Shown here in pieces: positions 14,888-21,148 of a stretch of DNA of 21,148 bases (position 1 is its first letter; every line of letters begins with the position of its first letter). A program made the translations under genes and the position numbers. The notes beneath the pieces are model-generated. The model made no database searches, had not been told where the DNA came from, and saw only the letters and a program-made list of their open reading frames with translations. Source of the DNA: a bacterium (lineage in GTDB: Bacteria; Electryoneota; Electryoneia; Electryoneales; Electryoneaceae). The DNA lies in NCBI GenBank assembly GCA_043801585.1, contig JAZDLX010000102.1, forward strand, positions 1 to 21,148, written 5' to 3'.

Positions 14888-15664
14888 TTAATGTTCCACT
14901 ATAGAGATGTCATTTCTATTAACTCCAATTTCCACGATGCACGCCCCGGTCGCCGCATCAACAAAGCGACCCAAGGTGCTGATATTATAGAAGTGTACAG
15001 TGCTCTCGATAGTGATCACCTTTCGCATTCTCAGATTCTGCGTACTTCGCAATGATCTGATTTGCGAATTCGCTGCTAAGGCGAGATTCCTGCGTGCGTA
15101 ACGTTCTGCTGCTTGCCAGCTCGAGGTCTTGAAGTGATAGGCTTCGGCGGTACTTTTCGCGATGATGTAATTATCAGAATTGGGATACGTAAGGACTTCC
15201 GCTGGAGGTGGAATCAGAGTTCGGGTAACTTTCACTTGTTTCGTTCCCACGAACATCAGAACGAGTTCCTCACTCCAGCATGAGTCGATACGAACAAGTC
15301 CATCCTTGAATATCGAGAACCCTGTTGTATCTGATTGAATATCAGCTATGCCACCCATGGACATCGTCTCGGGGCCAGTCGTAACCGATCCCATCGCTGC
15401 CCTGATCGTACATTCCTGATCCTGCCACAGACGCAACGCAGCATCTTCAAAGGCTTCATCGTAGCTGGATGCAGGATAATAGTAGGGGCGTGAATATCCG
15501 ACCGCAGTCTTTGTGTCGGGATTACCTGGTGGATTCCAAAACCACGATGGCAAGTTGAGAGGGGATTGCGCGAGAACTGGCGACAGACAAATCAGGCAGG
15601 CGGTCAGCATCAGTGCCAACCGCCTGCACATGCATGAAGGAACTTTATGATGTTCAAGTTTCAA
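14888..15664 (-). CDS. Secreted hypothetical protein with LPP20-like segments (start may be ATG 15631)
   Basis: Signal peptide ..SPVLAQ; PSWFWNPP..TAVGYS..EAFEDAALRL and a second SWQAAERYARRNLA segment resemble LPP20 folds; downstream of an LPP20 lipoprotein. Confidence 0.6.
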   Translation of the reverse strand: MKLEHHKVPSCMCRRLALMLTACLICLSPVLAQSPLNLPSWFWNPPGNPDTKTAVGYSRPYYYPASSYDEAFEDAALRLWQDQECTIRAAMGSVTTGPETMSMGGIADIQSDTTGFSIFKDGLVRIDSCWSEELVLMFVGTKQVKVTRTLIPPPAEVLTYPNSDNYIIAKSTAEAYHFKTSSWQAAERYARRNLALAANSQIRSLRSTQNLRMRKVITIESTVHFYNISTLGRFVDAATGACIVEIGVNRNDISIVEH

Positions 15665-15682
15665 CTTAACAACCCAAAAATC

Positions 15683-16279
15683 CTAATGTCCCTGTTCCTG
15701 CTTCCACTGCTGGTATTTCTCGATCTCTGTGTTCAGTTCTTCCTGTGCCTTTGAACTTTGGAAGCGGGTGTACAATTCTTCCTGTTGTGAAATCTGATTT
15801 TTCAACGCTTCAAGTGTGGCACCGACAGGCATTCTAAGAACGATGTAGACACGGAAAACACCCTGTTCGTTCAGAGTTTGTGAGTTCTCTTCCTGGACGC
15901 TGTTCAATACCTGACTGACAACACGTTTTGTCACGTTGGAAAACTGTTCCAGGTACTGTGATTCGTCTGCTGTCCCGACTTCCTCACGGAATGTCTTTCT
16001 GAGTCCGTCAAATTTCGTTTCAACGGCTTGGCCAATTTGGTCGAGTGCTGCCTGGTTTGCTTTGTCAATGGCACTCTGCATGTCCCGAGAAGTGGCCGTC
16101 CCCTTGCCGAAGTAATAGTTCGGATCCTGAGCAAGTTTGGTAAACCAGGGTGGCACATTTTGGACAACATTTTCCGTGGCTACAGAAGTCGTTGTGGTAG
16201 CTTTTTTCGGACCACCGCAACCCGCAACCAGCAATGCAATAAAAGCAAGAAGCATTGCCGCTTTCATCAGATGCTTCAT
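15683..16279 (-). CDS. LPP20-family lipoprotein
   Basis: AAGGAGG before the ATG; lipobox VAGC; VPPWF..YYFGKGTATSRDMQSAIDKANQAALDQIGQAVET..FRVYIVLRMP. Confidence 0.8.
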   Translation of the reverse strand: MKHLMKAAMLLAFIALLVAGCGGPKKATTTTSVATENVVQNVPPWFTKLAQDPNYYFGKGTATSRDMQSAIDKANQAALDQIGQAVETKFDGLRKTFREEVGTADESQYLEQFSNVTKRVVSQVLNSVQEENSQTLNEQGVFRVYIVLRMPVGATLEALKNQISQQEELYTRFQSSKAQEELNTEIEKYQQWKQEQGH

Positions 16280-16328
16280 CGTTGGACCTCCTTTACGTTA
16301 TTGTCGAGTAACTGCCTGTGTTTGCCAC

Positions 16329-18512
16329 TCAAAATGTCACTGATATGCCATACGTGGATGCGCCGTTAGCCTGTTTTTTCGCAAAAGGAAAAACTTGAGT
16401 TTTGCTAGACGCCACTTGAGCATGACGAGTTGGTAGTTTGCCTCCGCCATAAATCAGGGCATCGACGTACTGAATTACGTATATGCTGCCGGCCGCTATC
16501 AGCAATATGTTTCTCTGATCACGAGCCCTCGCCATGTCTTCACGTGCGGTGATTGCACGTGCGAATGCTTCATCGAGCGCTGTTTGTGTTATGGCGCTAT
16601 GATAATCTTCCATGGCCGTATCATAATCGGTCTGAGCATAATTATATCCTGTGTTTTGGTCGTATGCGAAATTAATTGTCGCCAGAAAACCACCCAAGTA
16701 TAAAAGCCCTCGAAAACGCTGGCTTGGGGTTATCATTTGACCAAAGCCTGGAACCAGTGCAAGCACATGAGATCTAGCTTTCGCAAGCTTCCAAGCCTCT
16801 GTTCCTTCTGTTCGAAGCGAAATGTTAAAGTCGAGCATTTGCTTATGCTTCACCGATACTGTCGCCACTTCGGTATCATAGCCTGTTTTTTCAAAACGGA
16901 CACTGTGAGTTCCTGTGGGGACATCACGAATTATGTAGGGTGTTTCCCCAACTTGTTCTCCGTCAAGAAAAATAGCTGCATTGGAAGGCATGGAACTCAC
17001 CCGAATATGTCCCGCTTTTCGAAGGAGTTTGGCACTAACTGAAGGAGTTCCGGCCAAGGTCACTGGAACGGTTTGCTCAAACACCTCATAGTCCAGATAG
17101 GACAATTGAAGTGTATAGGAACCTGGATTGAGAGGAATATGTTTAATCGGAGTTTTCCCAAGGTTTAATGCGGAATCTGCAATTACAACTTCAGCACCAG
17201 ACGGAAAACTTTCTACACTGAGAAAACCTACACTAGGGCTGAGTAAAAACGGTTCGCTTTGAGACTGACCATCGATGATGACAATATTTCGTTCTTGTGA
17301 AAAGAAGTTCGAAAGTGATACATGAACCGTATGTTGACCAGAGAGTACCTGATCCTTACTTGTGGGTGTCTTTCCCCAATTCACGCCATCCACCTGGATC
17401 TCGGCACCTGGGGGAGTGGAAGTCACCGTGAGAGATCCAAATTGAGGTCCCAGTGCATATGTGTGTTCATAATTACCAGTCGCTTCAAGATGGATAGTAT
17501 CTGTCACCTCATGGTACATTTGCTTAACCAGCAGAAGATTGTAGGTACCAGCTGGGAATCGAGTAACATCTAATGGAGTCATTCCTCGCTGCTGACCGTT
17601 AATTGATACAAACGCACCCTCAGGATCGCTGTCGATGGAAAGGTGGCCATAATTGGGGGCTAATTTGGCGTCCACTTTGGCGTAGTCCAGCTCCTGCACT
17701 TCCACTGTTCGAGTCTCTGGTAGATAAAGATCCTTGACGATTTCAATTGTGTAGACTCCAGGTTGCAGGTCATTCAAGCTCAAGGGGGTTGTCCCTTGTT
17801 GTTCAATTCCGTTGAGAAGAATTCTTGCTGCAGGTGGATCGGACTCGATGAACAAATTGCCTGTATAACCAACTTGAAGATCTGATGCACTATCATTTGA
17901 AGGAGAAACTTGTTCAGTATACTCTTTCCCCAATTCGAGGCTCATAGTTTTTTCCCAAACACGATCACCTGCATAAACCTTTATTAAATGTTGTCCTGTT
18001 GTAGGCCGAAGAACGATAAAACCGCTTGAAAAATCTATTTTTTGCGGGGGAGTATTATCTATCTGGATATAAACTTCTTCCTTTTTCCCCGCTTCAAAAT
18101 CCAATCGAACCCGAGGACGGTCGCTATCGAACCCCTCAATAGCTCCAAATCTAGGTTTTGTGCGAACCTTGATTCGCCAAACACCTTTGGGCTCATAATT
18201 GTGACGTGGCAATTCGAGCGTCAAGTAACCCTGCTTGATGATACTGACATAATCCACTCCAGGGTCGAGGACAACCACATAGTAATCCCTTTCCTTTACA
18301 GGGTCCTGTACTGTACGTATACCTTTTCGGCTGCTGAAGCTCAGCTTTGGGACGGTACTCTCGACGACGAGAATGGACGCCGAGGGATCATCGGGGATCA
18401 AACCTCCCGTTGAAAGTTCTTCCCATTCAAATTCATCACGGTCTTGTGCGTTGACAAGAACACTGATTATAAAAACACCCATGAATACAAATAAAAGTCG
18501 TTTCCAAAGCAT
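16329..18512 (-). CDS. Secreted multi-PEGA-domain protein with DUF5683-like C-terminal region
   Basis: Signal peptide ..LVNAQ; five clear G-x-L-x-I/V-x-S-x-P-x-G/A-A...G-x-T-P PEGA repeats; LALVPGFGQM..RGLLYLGG; terminal strand TYGISVTF. Confidence 0.85.
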   Translation of the reverse strand: MLWKRLLFVFMGVFIISVLVNAQDRDEFEWEELSTGGLIPDDPSASILVVESTVPKLSFSSRKGIRTVQDPVKERDYYVVVLDPGVDYVSIIKQGYLTLELPRHNYEPKGVWRIKVRTKPRFGAIEGFDSDRPRVRLDFEAGKKEEVYIQIDNTPPQKIDFSSGFIVLRPTTGQHLIKVYAGDRVWEKTMSLELGKEYTEQVSPSNDSASDLQVGYTGNLFIESDPPAARILLNGIEQQGTTPLSLNDLQPGVYTIEIVKDLYLPETRTVEVQELDYAKVDAKLAPNYGHLSIDSDPEGAFVSINGQQRGMTPLDVTRFPAGTYNLLLVKQMYHEVTDTIHLEATGNYEHTYALGPQFGSLTVTSTPPGAEIQVDGVNWGKTPTSKDQVLSGQHTVHVSLSNFFSQERNIVIIDGQSQSEPFLLSPSVGFLSVESFPSGAEVVIADSALNLGKTPIKHIPLNPGSYTLQLSYLDYEVFEQTVPVTLAGTPSVSAKLLRKAGHIRVSSMPSNAAIFLDGEQVGETPYIIRDVPTGTHSVRFEKTGYDTEVATVSVKHKQMLDFNISLRTEGTEAWKLAKARSHVLALVPGFGQMITPSQRFRGLLYLGGFLATINFAYDQNTGYNYAQTDYDTAMEDYHSAITQTALDEAFARAITAREDMARARDQRNILLIAAGSIYVIQYVDALIYGGGKLPTRHAQVASSKTQVFPFAKKQANGASTYGISVTF

Positions 18513-18646
18513 GATAAACTCACTTTATCAAAGTATACGATCCCATGTGAAGCGTGTGGCATGCCAAGGATATGTCACGCATCATCGTTAAATACCCAAT
18601 GTAAACATCTCTCTCAACTCGTTTAAGCGGTTTTCAGTGCTCATTA

Positions 18647-21148
18647 TTAACGCCACAGCTTAATTGTTCCATCATCGCTCCCACTAGCCAGTAATCGACC
18701 ATCAAGACTGAAAGAAATAGAATTTACTGGATAAGTATGCCCTTCCAACTTCGTAAGCAGCGTGCTGTCTTCTACACGCCAAAGCTTGACCAGGTTGTCA
18801 TTTCCTCCACTGGCAAGCGTTAAGTCATCCGGGCTGAACGCCACAGAACCCACACCTCCAGTATGGCCGTGTACTGAAGAGATACTCAGATGACTACTTA
18901 CATCCCAAATCAGGATTGTACCATCAGAATATCCACTGGCCAACTTGGAGCCATCTGAATTGAAGGCGATGGAAGTCACACTATTTGGATTCTCTAAGCG
19001 CTGGGGATCTTGAACACCACTGTTTACATCCCAGAAAGTGATCGTGCCATTTTCATCTCCGCATGCCAACCTTGATCCATCGGGAATAAAAACTACGGAA
19101 TTGATTTGAACGTAACCTACTGAGAATGTACGAATTACATTACCATCAATCGCACGCCATAGTATCACGTTGCCGTCATCATCACCACTAGCCAGCATCG
19201 AACCATTAGGCATATAGTCTATACAGGCTGGATTCCCTGTAAGGGGTATGAAGTAATCAAGATTACAATCGCTGGTTCGCCAAACCTTAATCGAATCGTT
19301 TCCACAACTTGCGAGCTTTGAACCATCTGGCTTGTATGCTAACGAATTTATACGTCCAGAATGCCCGTCAAGCTGTTTGGGTGTCGCTGTGTTAGTATTC
19401 CACAACCATATATGGCCATCAACTAAGCCACTTGCCAGAACGGAGTCATTGGGACTGAACGTTATCGAGGTAACACTATCTCCGTTCCCAACAAACGTTT
19501 TCCAACCTCCAGGTTCTGAAATGTTTAGGAGATGAGGGGAGATGATGGTTGCTTTGTTGCCAGCGCGATCAGTAAAGATTATGGAAACCTCAGCATCATT
19601 CGCTCCGATTCTATCCCATCCAAGTGGTGGAAGTGACAGATAATAGCTGCCGTTTCCGTTGTCCACCAAGGCAATAATAGGTAACCAATTCGGAAAACCG
19701 ATATTAACGATTGCGTTACCTTCTGTTTCTGCTCCGATACTATCATTTTTCAAAATTACTGAGAATGAAAGTATATCCATCTGTCGGGAAGTGTCATCAG
19801 TACTTGATGAGGACCAAGAAAATGAATCAATAATTGCTTGTTTATCCAAACTAATAGCGTCAATTGTTGGCTCAGAAGTGTAAAAATCATTTTTGAACCA
19901 CGCATGTACAGATTTATATCCGTCCCCATCACTCAGGGTCCAAGGATATGAGTCTGAAGACTCCACCCAATCTACCGAAGTTGTGTCAATAGAATCAGAA
20001 AGCCTCATCATAAGGGAATTATCTGCTGACAGCGATAGAGTAACAAGTGGATGATTAATAAAGGAAGAATCATCAGGTAAAATACTCAACATGGGTGTCC
20101 CCAGTACTGCAGGACTGATCGAATCATAGGCACTTGATTCTATTCCGAAATCATTTTTTGCCGTTAAATACACTCGCTTAATTCCAGACCCCTCGGATAG
20201 CATCCAATCGTTTATTGTTGATAGATAGTCAGTCCATTCAGGAGTCTCAGTTAGTACATCGTTTGAAAGAGCTATTGATTCGACCCCGATATCGGCTGAA
20301 AGTTTCAGAGACACTTTTCGGGTTAATGTAGTAGTGTCTCCGTTGGCGATAACGATGGACGGATTTAAAGGGGCGGGTTCAATGCTATCGCTCACTGTTT
20401 GTTCAAGAAGGAAATCATTCCTTACTATCAATGTCACCGTCTTTATCCCTTCCCCCATTGAAAGTTCCCAGTTGTTATACGTTTTTTGAAAATCGATCCA
20501 TTCTGTTGTGCTTGGATCGACACCGTTTAAGAGTTTCATTTCATACTGGCTTGTTGCGTCAATTGTCAACGATACCCATTTGGTCGGTGTTGTCGTATCT
20601 CCGTCTGCGATGACGATCGAGGCATTCAGAGGGGCAGGTTCAACGCTGTCGCTCACCGTTTGCTCGATGAGGAAATCATTCCACACTTGCATGGTTACAG
20701 ACTTCATCCCAACCCCTAATGGCAACTCTCGTGAGTCAGGAGCGTCAGCAAAATCCATCCAATCCGTTGTGTCTGGATCGACACCGCTAGTGTCCGGATT
20801 GACACCGTCAAAGATCTTTAGTTTATGACCGCCAACTGCGGAGCATAACAGTGACACGTTTCTTGTCGGTGTTGTCGTATCTCCGTCTGCGATGACGATC
20901 GAGGCATTCAGGGGGGCAGGTTCAATGCTGTCGCTGAACACGCCAGATATCACACCGCTGGAGTTGCGGAACCTAGCATAAACCGTCTTCGTCCCCGCTC
21001 CGGTGGGCAATTCAAAATCGCTGACTGTACTAGTGTAAGGTTGCCAATTCGGATTTGTCTGCAGTTGAACCAGGTTAGTGTCCAGTGCCATCTCGTCAGC
21101 GTTCTCCGATGCCAACATTAGGGTTACATACCTCGATAGGGTCGTCGC
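18647..21148 (-). CDS. Large modular protein: tandem ~85-95 aa beta-rich repeats plus C-terminal 7-bladed WD40 propeller (5' end outside the window)
   Basis: Frame is open to the window edge (ATTLSRYVTL-M...). Repeats SDSIEPAPLNASIVIADGDTTTPT...G.G.K.V...N; seven WD40 units such as GHTGGVGSVAFSPDDLTLASGGNDNLVKLWR. Confidence 0.88.
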   Translation of the reverse strand, partial: ATTLSRYVTLMLASENADEMALDTNLVQLQTNPNWQPYTSTVSDFELPTGAGTKTVYARFRNSSGVISGVFSDSIEPAPLNASIVIADGDTTTPTRNVSLLCSAVGGHKLKIFDGVNPDTSGVDPDTTDWMDFADAPDSRELPLGVGMKSVTMQVWNDFLIEQTVSDSVEPAPLNASIVIADGDTTTPTKWVSLTIDATSQYEMKLLNGVDPSTTEWIDFQKTYNNWELSMGEGIKTVTLIVRNDFLLEQTVSDSIEPAPLNPSIVIANGDTTTLTRKVSLKLSADIGVESIALSNDVLTETPEWTDYLSTINDWMLSEGSGIKRVYLTAKNDFGIESSAYDSISPAVLGTPMLSILPDDSSFINHPLVTLSLSADNSLMMRLSDSIDTTSVDWVESSDSYPWTLSDGDGYKSVHAWFKNDFYTSEPTIDAISLDKQAIIDSFSWSSSSTDDTSRQMDILSFSVILKNDSIGAETEGNAIVNIGFPNWLPIIALVDNGNGSYYLSLPPLGWDRIGANDAEVSIIFTDRAGNKATIISPHLLNISEPGGWKTFVGNGDSVTSITFSPNDSVLASGLVDGHIWLWNTNTATPKQLDGHSGRINSLAYKPDGSKLASCGNDSIKVWRTSDCNLDYFIPLTGNPACIDYMPNGSMLASGDDDGNVILWRAIDGNVIRTFSVGYVQINSVVFIPDGSRLACGDENGTITFWDVNSGVQDPQRLENPNSVTSIAFNSDGSKLASGYSDGTILIWDVSSHLSISSVHGHTGGVGSVAFSPDDLTLASGGNDNLVKLWRVEDSTLLTKLEGHTYPVNSISFSLDGRLLASGSDDGTIKLWR
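20583..20935. repeat. 71-bp intragenic direct repeat (69/71 identical), copies at 20583-20653 and 20865-20935
   Basis: GTCGGTGTTGTCGTATCTCCGTCTGCGATGACGATCGAGGCATTCAG[A/G]GGGGCAGGTTCAA[C/T]GCTGTCGCT; a diverged third copy lies near 20330-20393. Confidence 0.9.

Noticed and set aside
20583..20935. Diversity-generating retroelement template/variable repeat pair
   Set aside because: Both copies are in-frame domain repeats in one gene, there are only two mismatches, and no reverse transcriptase is in the window.

Overview
The window has two parts. Left (1-10214) is a GC-rich, co-directional + strand host block: two tandem BtuB-like TonB-dependent receptors, a YncE/BtuG-like beta-propeller lipoprotein, an adenosylhomocysteinase carrying the HLEAKT signature, a NupC/CNT nucleoside transporter, a DMT/EamA-like transporter and a metallophosphoesterase lipoprotein. 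At 10291-10334 the displaced 3' half of a minus-strand tRNA-Arg(CCT), with a terminator behind it, marks an integration site. Right of it is accessory DNA. First comes a ~4.2 kb minimal integrative element: excisionase-like HTH, an AEP primase-polymerase cut off at the start of its helicase module, two small putative regulators and an intact tyrosine integrase, with matching arm-type repeat pairs at both ends and a sigma54-like promoter upstream of the integrase operon. A more AT-rich minus-strand cell-surface cassette follows (two LPP20-like proteins, a multi-PEGA protein and a repeat-stalk/WD40 protein running off the window), probably a second tandem island. Three copies of the core ACGGATTA (10321, 10534, 14581) suggest repeated integration at this locus. 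All family assignments are by eye from motifs; no searches were run.
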